From assembly GCA_963806225.1 (NCBI GenBank), contig CAWDXG010000004.1, positions 1,472,001 through 1,536,000 on the forward strand: DNA of 64,000 nucleotides. Direction: 5' to 3'. The DNA comes from an uncultured delta proteobacterium. Its GTDB lineage: Bacteria; Myxococcota_A; Polyangia; Polyangiales; Polyangiaceae. The notes under the pieces were generated by a model. That model was not told the origin of the DNA, did no database searches, and saw only the letters and a program-made list of their open reading frames with translations. Shown piece after piece: positions 50,279 to 59,501 of this stretch. Every line of letters begins with the position of its first letter. The stretch's first letter is position 1. Position numbers and translations under genes: made by a program.

Positions 50279-51955
50279 ATGGTTTCTCCCGAAGCGATGC
50301 CAGCTCCGGAAGGGCGCATCATTGGCCGCTACGCCCTGTACGGCGAGATCGCCGCTGGCGGGATGGCGACGGTGCATTTTGGACGCCTCGTCGGGCCGGT
50401 TGGTTTCAGCCGCACGGTGGCCATCAAGCGGTTGCACCCGCAGTTCGCCAAGGATCCGGAATTCGTCTCGATGTTCCTCGACGAAGCCCGGCTGGCGGCG
50501 CGCATCCAGCACCCCAACGTGGTCTCGACACTCGACGTGGTGGCGCTGGAGGGCGAGGTGTTCCTGGTCATGGACTATGTCCAGGGCGAGAGCCTGTCGA
50601 AGCTGGTGCGCGCCACCCGGCGCCAGGGCGAGCTGGTTCCGGCGCGGATCGCTTCGAGCATCATGGCTGCGGCTCTGCACGGATTGCACGCTGCCCACGA
50701 AGCCAAGAGCGAGCGCGGCGAGCCGCTGAACATCGTCCATCGCGACGTCAGTCCGCAGAACGTCCTCGTCGGCGTGGACGGCGTGGCCCGCGTGCTCGAC
50801 TTCGGCGTGGCCAAGGCGGCGATGCGCGCGCAGACCACACGCGACGGGCAGATGAAGGGCAAGCTCAGCTACATGGCGCCCGAGCAGCTGCGCGCCAAGG
50901 GGGTGGATCGGCGCACCGACATCTTCGCAGCCGGCGTCGTGCTGTGGGAAGCGCTCACAGGGCGGCGTCTCTTCGACGGCGACGACACCGGCGAGATCCT
51001 CACGAAAGTGCTGCAGGCGGAGATCCCGCCGCCGGGGCAGGTCGTGCCGTCGATCCCGCCGGCGCTCGACGGGATCGTGCTCAAGGCGCTCGAGCGCGAC
51101 CCGGCGGGTCGTTTCGCAACGGCACGCGAGTTCGCGATCGCGCTGGAGCACGCCGGAGCCGTGGCGCTCAACCGCGAAGTCGGCGAATGGGTCGAGGAGA
51201 TAGGCGGCGACGCGCTGGCGCGCCGCGCGGAGCGCGTCGCCGAGATCGAAAGCGTTTCGACGGTGGGCGCGCCATTCGGAGCACAGGCACAGGAGCTAGC
51301 CGCGCACCGCCGATCGCTGGCGGAGATGGACGCGGAGCTCCCGCCCGGGGGCTCGAACCCTTCCGCGGTGTCCGGCGTCGCGCCGGCTGGTCTGGTGCAA
51401 GCCCGGCAGTCGGCTCCGTCCTGGTCCGGGCAGATTCCTGCTCCCGGGGGAGAGGGCACGTCGCCGTCGCAGGTCTCCAGCCTTTCCGTGGCGTCTGCGT
51501 CGCACGCTCGGCCCCGCCGTCGTCAGGGCCTGTACGCAGCGTTGCTCGGGGTCGCTGCCGCGCTCGGCATCGCCATCGTCGTGGTCGTGGTTGCACTGGT
51601 CCGCCGTAGCGTCGCGGCGCCGTCGCCCGCCAGCGCTGCGGCCCAGGCCCCCAAAGCCAGCGCACCACAGGTTTCGCTGAAGCCCCTGGATAGCGCGGCC
51701 AGCGAGCCGGTCGCCGCGGCCAGCGAGATTGCCCCCGCGCCCAGCGCGAGCGCTCCGGCGGTCGAGTCGGCCCGGCCCTCCGCGAGCGCGCCGGCGGTCG
51801 AGCAAACGGCCCGGCCCGTGGTGCACAATCCGGTGCCGCACCACGTCTACCACCACGCCGCAGCCAAGCCGAAACCCGCAGCCAAGCCGAACTGCAACCC
51901 GCCCTATACCGTCGACGGCAGCGGCATCCGGCACCCCAAGCCCGAGTGCATGTGA
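50279..51955 (+). CDS. Membrane Ser/Thr protein kinase
   Basis: AAGGMA, VAIKR, HRDVSPQN, DFG, YMAPE; TM helix; C-terminal CNPPYTVDGSGIRHPKPECM. Confidence 0.93.
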   Translation: MVSPEAMPAPEGRIIGRYALYGEIAAGGMATVHFGRLVGPVGFSRTVAIKRLHPQFAKDPEFVSMFLDEARLAARIQHPNVVSTLDVVALEGEVFLVMDYVQGESLSKLVRATRRQGELVPARIASSIMAAALHGLHAAHEAKSERGEPLNIVHRDVSPQNVLVGVDGVARVLDFGVAKAAMRAQTTRDGQMKGKLSYMAPEQLRAKGVDRRTDIFAAGVVLWEALTGRRLFDGDDTGEILTKVLQAEIPPPGQVVPSIPPALDGIVLKALERDPAGRFATAREFAIALEHAGAVALNREVGEWVEEIGGDALARRAERVAEIESVSTVGAPFGAQAQELAAHRRSLAEMDAELPPGGSNPSAVSGVAPAGLVQARQSAPSWSGQIPAPGGEGTSPSQVSSLSVASASHARPRRRQGLYAALLGVAAALGIAIVVVVVALVRRSVAAPSPASAAAQAPKASAPQVSLKPLDSAASEPVAAASEIAPAPSASAPAVESARPSASAPAVEQTARPVVHNPVPHHVYHHAAAKPKPAAKPNCNPPYTVDGSGIRHPKPECM

Positions 51956-52000
51956 GCCGCCACTCGTAAACCGACGAACGTCCGGGTTAGACTCCCGCCG

Positions 52001-52912
52001 ATGTCCTTCGAGAAGAGGCTGACCGCTCCGATCCTCGGCTCCGTTCTGGTGGTACTGCTCGGCGCCCCGCCCGCGCTGGCGGACAAGGCCGCGTGCGGGA
52101 AGGCCTACACGCAGGCGCAGGTGCAGAAGAAGGCCGGCAAGCTGCGCGAGGCGAAAAAGAACCTGCTGGTGTGCGCCCAGAAGAGCTGCCCGGGCTTCAT
52201 CAACAGCGAATGCGCGAAGTGGTTGAACGACGTCGAGTCGACGCTGCCCACGATCGTCATCGCCGCCAGCGACGCGAAGGGCAACGATCTGACGGACGTG
52301 AGCGTCAGCTCCGACGGCCAGCAGCTGGCCGACAAGCTCGGCGGCATGGCCCTCGAAGTGGATCCGGGCAAGCACACGCTGCGCTTCGAGCACGCGGGCG
52401 CCGAGCCCGTCGAGAAGAAGGTGCTCATCCGCGAAGGCGAGAAGGCGCGCGTGATCAAGGTCCAGTTCGGCTCGCCGGAAGAGGCGGCCGCCGCCCAGCC
52501 GAAGCAGGGTGCGGCGTCGGGGGGCGGCGCGGCCGGCGTGGACACCTCCAGCGGCGGCTCCTCGAAGACGCTCGCGTACGTGCTCGGCGGGGTGGGCATC
52601 GTCGGTCTGGGCAGCTTCGCCTACTTCGGCCTGACCGGCTCGAGCCAGAAAAGCGACCTGCTCAAGCACTGCAAGAACAACGTCTGCGATCTGCCGCAGG
52701 ACCAGATCGACTCCAAGCGCAGCGCGGTCAAGACCAAGTTCCTGATCGCAGACGTCTCGCTCGGCGTCGGGGTCGTTTCGCTCGGCCTCGCGACGTATTT
52801 CTTCCTCAAGCCCGACCACTCGTCGGAGGCACCGAAGGACAGCGCACGCCTACGCTTCGATGTGGCGCCGACCCACGGCGGCAGCTACGCGACCGTGTCG
52901 GGGAAGTTCTAG
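52001..52912 (+). CDS. Exported PEGA-like protein, kinase-associated
   Basis: Signal peptide; Cys-containing helical N-domain; VDPGKHTLRF...IREGEKAR; two C-terminal hydrophobic segments. Confidence 0.75.
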   Translation: MSFEKRLTAPILGSVLVVLLGAPPALADKAACGKAYTQAQVQKKAGKLREAKKNLLVCAQKSCPGFINSECAKWLNDVESTLPTIVIAASDAKGNDLTDVSVSSDGQQLADKLGGMALEVDPGKHTLRFEHAGAEPVEKKVLIREGEKARVIKVQFGSPEEAAAAQPKQGAASGGGAAGVDTSSGGSSKTLAYVLGGVGIVGLGSFAYFGLTGSSQKSDLLKHCKNNVCDLPQDQIDSKRSAVKTKFLIADVSLGVGVVSLGLATYFFLKPDHSSEAPKDSARLRFDVAPTHGGSYATVSGKF

Positions 52913-52939
52913 CGGCAGCGCCGGGCCTTTCCGCCCGCG

Positions 52940-53695
52940 CTACTCCTGCCCGCTGATCCGCTCCATCTCCTCGTCGGAGATGTCGAAGTCGGCAAAGACG
53001 TTCTGCGAGTCGTCGTGCTCGTCGAGCGCGTCGAGCAGGTTGAGGCACACCTCGGCGTCGCGACCAGCCACTTCCTTCTTGTTCTTGGGGACGAAGGCGA
53101 GCTTGCTCTCCTGCATCGGCAGCTTCGCCGTCTCGAAGGCGGTGCTCACGCTGTCGAGCTGCTCCGGTGGCGTGTACACGGTCCACACGTCGCCCTCGTC
53201 GCGATAGTCGTCGGCTCCCGCCTCGACCGCCGCCTCCATGAGCTGTTCCTCGCTCACCGCCGACCTGTCGAGCGTGATCACGCCGAGGCGGTCGAAGGCC
53301 CACTGCGCGGTTCCGGAGCCGCCCATCGCACCGTTGTGCTTCTCGAACACCTTCCTGAGCTCGGCGGCGGTGCGGTTCCGGTTGTCGGTCATGCCCTCGA
53401 CCAGGAACAGGGTGCCGCCGGGGCCGGTGCCCTCGTACAGCACCTCGTCGTAGTTCGCGCCCTCGATCTCGCCGGTACCGCGCTGGATGGCGCGCTTGAT
53501 GTTGTCGGCGGGCATCTGCTGGCCGCGGGCGTCGGCGATGGCCTTGCGCAGGCGCGGATTGCCGTCGGCGTCACCACCGCCCATGCGCGCCGCGGTGACG
53601 ATCTCGCGGATCAGCTTGGTGAAGATCTTGCCACGGGCCGCATCCGTTGCGCCCTTCTTGCGCTTGATCGTGGCCCACTTGGAATGACCGCTCAT
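52940..53695 (-). CDS. yebC: YebC/PmpR family protein
   Basis: MSGHSKWATIKRKKG, NPRLR, YEGTGPGG, TDNRNRT. Confidence 0.95.
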   Translation of the reverse strand: MSGHSKWATIKRKKGATDAARGKIFTKLIREIVTAARMGGGDADGNPRLRKAIADARGQQMPADNIKRAIQRGTGEIEGANYDEVLYEGTGPGGTLFLVEGMTDNRNRTAAELRKVFEKHNGAMGGSGTAQWAFDRLGVITLDRSAVSEEQLMEAAVEAGADDYRDEGDVWTVYTPPEQLDSVSTAFETAKLPMQESKLAFVPKNKKEVAGRDAEVCLNLLDALDEHDDSQNVFADFDISDEEMERISGQE

Positions 53696-53814
53696 GCGGG
53701 ACTCTCTACCTTGGTTGGTGGAAAAAGGGGCCCGTCCGCCCCGGGGCCCCGCGATCTAGCAAAGACGCCGCCAACCCGCCACAACCGCGCCCGGGATCCG
53801 GGCGAAATCCAGGC

Positions 53815-55383
53815 CTATTTGATGGGGTACTTCTTCCGCAAGGCGTCGGGAACGGCTTCGGCATCGGCGATCTGCCGGAAAACGTCCACGGAGTGGCGCG
53901 GGACGCGCTTCTTCTGTGGGTCCTTGGGGTCCACGGCGTACAGGCCGAACTTCATGCTCATGCCGTGATTCCACTCGTAGTTGTCCATGAGCGTCCAGTA
54001 GAAGTAGCCGCCCACGTCGGCTCCATCCTGGATGGCCCGGCTGAGCCAGGTCAGGTGGCGCGTCATGTAGCTCGGCGCGATGTTGTCGTTCGGGTCCGCC
54101 GCGCCGTTCTCGGTGATGATCATGGGCAGGTGCAGGTCGTTCTTCACGACCATCGCCATCTCGTAGATGCCCTTGGGGTAGTCCTCGTAGGTCTTCAGCG
54201 TGAACGGGTTGAAGGTCGTCAGCGGCGATAGTTCGGACAGGAACGGCTTCGTCCGCCCGTGCGCGGTGATGCGCGTGTAGTAGTTGACCCCGATGTAATC
54301 CATGCGGTTCGCGAGGTCGTCGCGATGCACGCTGCGACCGTCCATGTTCGCGTCGAGGTCGCCCTTCGCGACGGCGTTCAGGTAGACCATGTTCCAGAGG
54401 TAGAAAGCGTTCTTCGCGCCCTGAACGTCGACGGGATCGTCCGGGTTCGCCGGAGCAATGGGCGCCATCGCGTACACCACGCCTACCCGGGAAGCCTTGC
54501 CGTCGCCGTCGGCATCCACGGTGTCGTTCGCCTTGATCGCGTCGTACATGCGCGCGTGTCCTTCGATCATCGCGACCATCACCGTCTTCGCGTCTGCCGC
54601 GTCGAGCGTCACGGCGGGCGGATTGGAGCGCTGGTCGGTCGGCTCGATGTAGCCGGGCAGCACTACCGCGAACGGCTCGTTCTCCGTCGCCCATAGATCG
54701 ACCTCGCCGCCGAACTCCTTGGCGCAGAAGCCGGCGTACTTGGCGATCTCCGCGACGGTCTTGTCCTTGTCGACCCAGCCGCGCGGCGAGCAGTGCGCCA
54801 GATCCTGGTGGCAGCCGACGCCATCGTGGACCCACGTCGGCAGCGTGTAGTGGTTGAGCGTGACCAGCGGCGTGATGCCGTCGGCCTTCATCACCTTCAG
54901 CATCGCGTGGTAGTGCGCGAGGGCCTTCGGGTCCGCAATCTTCTTCAGCGCGTCGTAGCCGGTGACGCCCCAGGTGGGCTTGGGGAAGATGCGGCTCCAC
55001 TCGAAGCTGAAACGGAAGCCCGAGCCGTGAAGCCCGTTCTTCACCAGGTCGATGTCCTGCTTGTACAGCTCCCACTCGCCGGGCCCGTCGTCGGGCGACT
55101 CGCCGTTCAAGTGCGTCGCCGCGTCGTTCACCGTCACTGGCGACGTGACGAACTGGTACCAGTCGGAGTTCGGGTCGTCGCACTCCGAAGCCGGTAGCGT
55201 GGGGCAGCCCATGTCGACCTGGAAGCCGGCCACCGAAGCGCCGAAGATGAACTTGCCACCGACCGACAGGGAGCCTGCCGGGAACTTCCCGTTGTACGAC
55301 TTCTGCGGGGCGGACGAGGAACCGCATCCAGCAAGCAGGGGCAACGAAAGCAGAGCGGGTGCGAGTCGACGCTGGGACAACAT
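53815..55383 (-). CDS. Glycoside hydrolase family 1, lipoprotein
   Basis: FRFSFEWSRIFP, TLNHYTLP, acid/base TENEP, GVNYY, nucleophile ITENG, WTLMDNYEW; LLAGC lipobox. Confidence 0.9.
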   Translation of the reverse strand: MLSQRRLAPALLSLPLLAGCGSSSAPQKSYNGKFPAGSLSVGGKFIFGASVAGFQVDMGCPTLPASECDDPNSDWYQFVTSPVTVNDAATHLNGESPDDGPGEWELYKQDIDLVKNGLHGSGFRFSFEWSRIFPKPTWGVTGYDALKKIADPKALAHYHAMLKVMKADGITPLVTLNHYTLPTWVHDGVGCHQDLAHCSPRGWVDKDKTVAEIAKYAGFCAKEFGGEVDLWATENEPFAVVLPGYIEPTDQRSNPPAVTLDAADAKTVMVAMIEGHARMYDAIKANDTVDADGDGKASRVGVVYAMAPIAPANPDDPVDVQGAKNAFYLWNMVYLNAVAKGDLDANMDGRSVHRDDLANRMDYIGVNYYTRITAHGRTKPFLSELSPLTTFNPFTLKTYEDYPKGIYEMAMVVKNDLHLPMIITENGAADPNDNIAPSYMTRHLTWLSRAIQDGADVGGYFYWTLMDNYEWNHGMSMKFGLYAVDPKDPQKKRVPRHSVDVFRQIADAEAVPDALRKKYPIK

Positions 55384-55425
55384 GGCGGGTGGATCCTAGC
55401 AGACCCGGCACCACCGAGGGCTGCG

Positions 55426-56430
55426 CTACGCCAGGGCACCACCGCAGCTGGAGCCGGAGCCTGCCGTGCAGCCCAGGCAGTGGCTGTCGGTCAAAATACG
55501 TGCGCGGGCGAGGTCGTCCAGCCTGTCTATGTCGAACACCGTTGCCTCGCCGCGCCCGGCTCCCTCCAAACCCAGATCCAGCATCTGGTTGAAGTCGCAG
55601 TCGTAGAGGCGACCGTCCCAGCCGATGCTGATCTCGGCTCGGCACATCAGACCGGGCACGGTGGCTGGATTGAAGTGCCCGACGAGCAGGCTCATGTACT
55701 CCTCGAACCTGCCGTCGCGCGTCAGCTGGTGCGCGAAGCGATGGATCGGCATGTTCGTGATCGTCAGCAGGTGATCGAACGTGATGCCGTGGTCCGCGCG
55801 GAGTCGCTCGCGATAGTCCGATTCGAGCTTTTCCTGCGGCGGAGGCAGGAACGCCCCTCCCGGGTTGTAGACGAGGTCGAGCCCGAGCGCGCCGCGTCCG
55901 TAGCCGAGCGCGTTCAGTAGGCAGAGAGCGCGCACGCTCTTTTCGTATGCACCGCGCCCGCGCTGCGCGTCCACGTTCTCCATGGTGTAGCAGGGTAGGC
56001 TCGCGACGACGTGCACGCGGAATTCCGCAAGGAACTCCCCGAGGTCTTCCATGCCGTGCTCGAACAGGACCGCCAGGTTGCAGCGATCGATGACCTCGCG
56101 CCCCAGCCGCCGGGCCTCACGGACCATGAACCGGAACGACGGATTGAGCTCCGGCGCACCGCCGGTGAGATCGAGCGTCGTGACTCCGGGGCTCTCCGCG
56201 AGCAGCTCGATGACCCGCTCCGCGACGGGACGCGACATGATCTCGGTGCGCTTCGGGCCCGCGTCCACGTGACAGTGGTGGCACGCGAGGTTGCAGAGCT
56301 TGCCGACGTTGACCTGGAGCGTGCTCACGCGCTCGCGCGAGAGCGGTGGCAGAGCGTGGTCGCGCAGCGCCTGGTCGAACGACGGCGCCGGGCGCGCCAG
56401 CGGCAGGCGACGCGCCGTGTCGGCCGCCAT
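55426..56430 (-). CDS. arsS: Arsenosugar-biosynthesis-type radical SAM protein
   Basis: LQVNVGKLCNLACHHCHVDAGP, DLTGGAPELN, IDRCNL, ASLPCY, LVYNP, LYDCDFNQM, C-terminal HCLGCTAGSGSSCGGAL. Confidence 0.88.
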   Translation of the reverse strand: MAADTARRLPLARPAPSFDQALRDHALPPLSRERVSTLQVNVGKLCNLACHHCHVDAGPKRTEIMSRPVAERVIELLAESPGVTTLDLTGGAPELNPSFRFMVREARRLGREVIDRCNLAVLFEHGMEDLGEFLAEFRVHVVASLPCYTMENVDAQRGRGAYEKSVRALCLLNALGYGRGALGLDLVYNPGGAFLPPPQEKLESDYRERLRADHGITFDHLLTITNMPIHRFAHQLTRDGRFEEYMSLLVGHFNPATVPGLMCRAEISIGWDGRLYDCDFNQMLDLGLEGAGRGEATVFDIDRLDDLARARILTDSHCLGCTAGSGSSCGGALA

Positions 56431-56561
56431 CAGCAGCACCCCTCCCCGCTGCACCCGTTCGCGTCCGTGGGGCAGCACAGGCTGGCTTCCTGCGTGCGGG
56501 CAGCGCGCGAATCGCCCGTCCGGACGGCCTGTTCAACGTCGATCGAACTGGGTGCGGTCAT
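56430..56561 (-). CDS. 43-aa Cys-rich mini-ORF; apparent in-frame internal deletion of an ArsM-type methyltransferase
   Basis: MTAPSSIDVEQAVRTGDSRAARTQEASLCCPTDANGCSGEGCC*; TGATG overlap with the arsS start; too short for the ORF track. Confidence 0.6.
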   Translation of the reverse strand: MTAPSSIDVEQAVRTGDSRAARTQEASLCCPTDANGCSGEGCC

Positions 56562-56671
56562 GTGGATAGTACGGAGACCGGACGGAAGGGTTTCGAGGGT
56601 TCCTGAGCACTACGACCCGACCGCACGGGCGTTTCGTCCGGATGCGGCAGCGCACCGCGCGCCGGGTTCGC

Positions 56672-56703
56672 TTGACCCTGTACCAAGCTACAGGGTTCAG
56701 AAT
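56672..56703 (+). promoter_or_regulatory. MerR-family operator/promoter
   Basis: TTGACC -35; dyad ACCCTGTA-ccaagc-TACAGGGT (56675-56696); long spacer (20 bp) to CAGAAT. Confidence 0.85.
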
Positions 56704-56709
56704 AGTCGC

Positions 56710-57144
56710 ATGGACGGGCAGACCCTGAGCATCGGACAGCTCGCGGGCGCCGCGGGCGTGCGCGTCGAAACGGTGCGCTTCTACGAGCGGCAGGGGCTCC
56801 TGCCTGCGCCGCCCAGGAAGCGCTCGGGATACCGGCAGTATCCGCGCGAGGCCGTGGCGCGGGTGCGATTCATCCGGCGCGCCAAGCAGCTCGGCTTCAC
56901 GCTGCGCGAGATCGCCGAGCTGCTCGCGCTGCGCGTCGACCCCGACAAGACATGCGCCGACGTGCGAGCGATGGCGCGCGAGAAGATCGCCGACGTGGAG
57001 GCGAAGCTGCACGAGCTCGAGCGCATCAGGATCGCACTGGAGCGACTGTCCCGACAGTGCCGGGGAAAGGGTCCGACGAGCGAATGCCCGATCCTCGACG
57101 CCATCGAGACGGGCGAGCAGGAGGCCGCGCGTGACGACCGTTGA
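56710..57144 (+). CDS. MerR-family heavy-metal-responsive regulator
   Basis: SIGQLAGAAGVRVETVRFYERQGLL, GYRQY, LGFTLREI; three Cys (KTCAD, QCRGKGPTSECPI) spaced as in Hg/Cd/Pb-type sensors. Confidence 0.92.
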   Translation: MDGQTLSIGQLAGAAGVRVETVRFYERQGLLPAPPRKRSGYRQYPREAVARVRFIRRAKQLGFTLREIAELLALRVDPDKTCADVRAMAREKIADVEAKLHELERIRIALERLSRQCRGKGPTSECPILDAIETGEQEAARDDR

Positions 57145-57460
57145 CCTCGTCTACGACGTGGAGTGCCCGAACGTGGCAGCCGCCCGCGCGAACCTGGCGC
57201 GGGCTTTCGCCGATGCGGGCCTGGCGCCGCATTGGCAGGAGCACCGCATCGGCGATCCGGACAACCCCGCCCGCGTACGCGGCTACGGCTCGCCGACGAT
57301 CCTCGTCGATAGCCGCGACGTATCCGGTGATGCCCCCGGGGCCGAAGCGTGCTGCCGTCTCTACGGCGGCAGCGTTCGCGCCCCCACCGTGGAAACGATC
57401 GCCGACGCGCTGCGCGCGGCCGCGCCACGGCAAGCGGTAACCGACCCGCGCTCGAGCTGA
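57131..57460 (+). CDS. Small thioredoxin-fold protein of the kind found in metal-resistance operons
   Basis: ECPN, GSPTILVD, ACCRLY; overlaps the MerR gene end. Confidence 0.7.
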   Translation: MTTVDLVYDVECPNVAAARANLARAFADAGLAPHWQEHRIGDPDNPARVRGYGSPTILVDSRDVSGDAPGAEACCRLYGGSVRAPTVETIADALRAAAPRQAVTDPRSS

Positions 57461-57461
57461 A

Positions 57462-58139
57462 TCAGGGCGAGAGCAGCCGACGACCCAGCAGGCTGCCGAC
57501 GAGCGCTCCGCCTACGATCGCGGCGCCGTGGCCGATGATGATGTGCAGCGGATCCGTCGACGGGCACGCCATCGTGAGACCGATGGTGCCCGTGAGCCCC
57601 GCCCAGCCGCCGATGATGGCGCCGGTCAGCCGCGGCGTGAACGGATCCGTCCTGCGCCACAGAACGACCAGCACGGCCATCGGAATGGACGCGAGCATCA
57701 TCCCGCGCACCAGGCATGCCGGCGTGCTGACGTGAGCGTCCCCGACGGCCACCGGCGGCAGCGCACCGTACGCGAGCCAGGAGAGCAGCAGGAACGCGAG
57801 CCCGGGAAGCAGTGCGAGCGCGAGACGGGCGCCCACCCCGACGCGTGCACTGCCCGAACGGACCAACGCGATGAACGTCGCGGCCGCAACGAGAAGCAGC
57901 CCGCCAAGCGCCACCACGCTGGACCGCATCGGCTGGGAAGCGATCTGCGTTCCCATCATCACGGCAATGGCCATCAGCGTGGCGCCAGCCGCCGCGACGC
58001 CGTACAGCCAGCGCGAAGGTCCCGAAGGCCCGCGGCGTGGAGCCACGTCCGACGCGATCTGGCTGCGGATGCGCGCCGCCAGATCGGCACGCGGACGCGG
58101 GAGCGGGGGAAACGAGGTGTGGCTTTCGTCGGACATCAT
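57462..58139 (-). CDS. NrsF/DUF1109-like membrane anti-sigma factor
   Basis: Multi-TM protein with PAC and MACPSTDPLHIIIGH; directly downstream of an ECF sigma. Confidence 0.72.
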   Translation of the reverse strand: MMSDESHTSFPPLPRPRADLAARIRSQIASDVAPRRGPSGPSRWLYGVAAAGATLMAIAVMMGTQIASQPMRSSVVALGGLLLVAAATFIALVRSGSARVGVGARLALALLPGLAFLLLSWLAYGALPPVAVGDAHVSTPACLVRGMMLASIPMAVLVVLWRRTDPFTPRLTGAIIGGWAGLTGTIGLTMACPSTDPLHIIIGHGAAIVGGALVGSLLGRRLLSP

Positions 58140-58711
58140 GCTGCTGTGCCTCCAGGCCACACGCCGCCGAGCTCCGCGCGGAGCAGCTTGTAGCCACGGT
58201 GGACCCTGAGTTTCATGGCGGTTTCGGACGCCCCTACGACGAGCCCGGCTTGTCGTGCCGTCATGTCCATCTGCTTGGTCAACACGATAGCCTCGCGGTA
58301 CTTGGGCGGGAGCTTGTCGATCGCTGCCCTGAGCCGGCGAGCGACTTCGTCGTCCAGCGGCTCGTCCTCCGGCACGCTGGGCAGCTCGGGCATTTCCGCG
58401 GGCTCCGTCACGACGGTCCGCTTGCGTGTCGGGGATCGGAGCTCGTCGAGCGCTGCGTTCCGGGCAATGGCGAACAGGTACGGCGTCACCCGCGCGCCGC
58501 GGACCCACGCTCCGCGCGCCGTGTGCAGTTTCATGAACACGAGCTGCAGCAGATCCTCTGCCCGGGCCCGCTCCTTGACCATCGAAACCAGGAAGCCGAA
58601 CAACTTCACCTCGAGGCCCGCGTAGAGCTCGTCGAAGGCGGCAAGATCGCCATCGACGTACCGTTCCATGGCCGCATCCAGGCGGCGGGTAGGATCATCC
58701 GCGTCGGTCAT
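58136..58711 (-). CDS. ECF RNA polymerase sigma factor
   Basis: GDLAAFDELY, AEDLLQ, LFAIARN, LPPKYREAI, KLRVHRG. Confidence 0.9.
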   Translation of the reverse strand: MTDADDPTRRLDAAMERYVDGDLAAFDELYAGLEVKLFGFLVSMVKERARAEDLLQLVFMKLHTARGAWVRGARVTPYLFAIARNAALDELRSPTRKRTVVTEPAEMPELPSVPEDEPLDDEVARRLRAAIDKLPPKYREAIVLTKQMDMTARQAGLVVGASETAMKLRVHRGYKLLRAELGGVWPGGTAA

Positions 58712-58869
58712 GGCGGTGGGGACCGGTTGGGTCGAGCGCGACGCTAGCACCTGGGCGGGGCCTGGGTTCATCGGAGTTCGGAGATGGGCAACACTGCCTG
58801 GGCCCTACGATCCAGCGGCAGGACAGTTTCGCATCGACCGGCTCTGAAACGCGCCACCGGCTATCCAGT

Positions 58870-59424
58870 ATGTACAGCGTGACTTCACGCGAAGTGGCCC
58901 TGGCCGTTGCCGGCGGAGTGCTGCTCGGCAGCGCATTTCTGCTGATCCGGACGGGTCCGCGGTTGACAACCGGCAGCCGGAGCCCCGCGCTCAGCGTCCC
59001 GCTGGTGGCCAATGGCACCGGAAGCGTGAGCCTGACCTCGGCCGGACGCGTGACCGTCGTCGACTTCTTCGCGAGCTGGTGCGGCGTCTGCGCCGCGAGC
59101 GTGCCCAGGCTGGAACGAACCATGACCCGGGACGGGGTGCGCTTCATCGCCGTGAGCGCCGACGACAGCGTCGATGCGGCCCGCGCGGTCGCGGCGCGCT
59201 GGAACCTCGTCGGCCCTGTCGCCTGGGACCGGAACCGCCGCGCCCTGGACGCCTACGGAGTGCGCGCACTGCCGACGCTGATCGTGTCGCGCCCGGACGG
59301 CACCATCGCGGCCACCCATGTCGGCCCGGTGTCGCCGTCGACGCTGAGGGCGGAAGTCGAACGGGCCAGGGCCAGACGCGCGTCTAGCCCAGGGCCAGCC
59401 GCGCGGCGCGCAGCCGACAGATGA
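58870..59424 (+). CDS. TlpA-like thiol-disulfide oxidoreductase
   Basis: N-terminal TM; VVDFFASWCGVC; YGVRALPT. Confidence 0.85.
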   Translation: MYSVTSREVALAVAGGVLLGSAFLLIRTGPRLTTGSRSPALSVPLVANGTGSVSLTSAGRVTVVDFFASWCGVCAASVPRLERTMTRDGVRFIAVSADDSVDAARAVAARWNLVGPVAWDRNRRALDAYGVRALPTLIVSRPDGTIAATHVGPVSPSTLRAEVERARARRASSPGPAARRAADR

Positions 59425-59501
59425 TCCCAGCTCTCGCGACACAGGATCGCGCCGGCGCGGGCGAAAGCGGGGGCCCAGCCCGCGCGTGATAGGCTGGAGT
59501 C

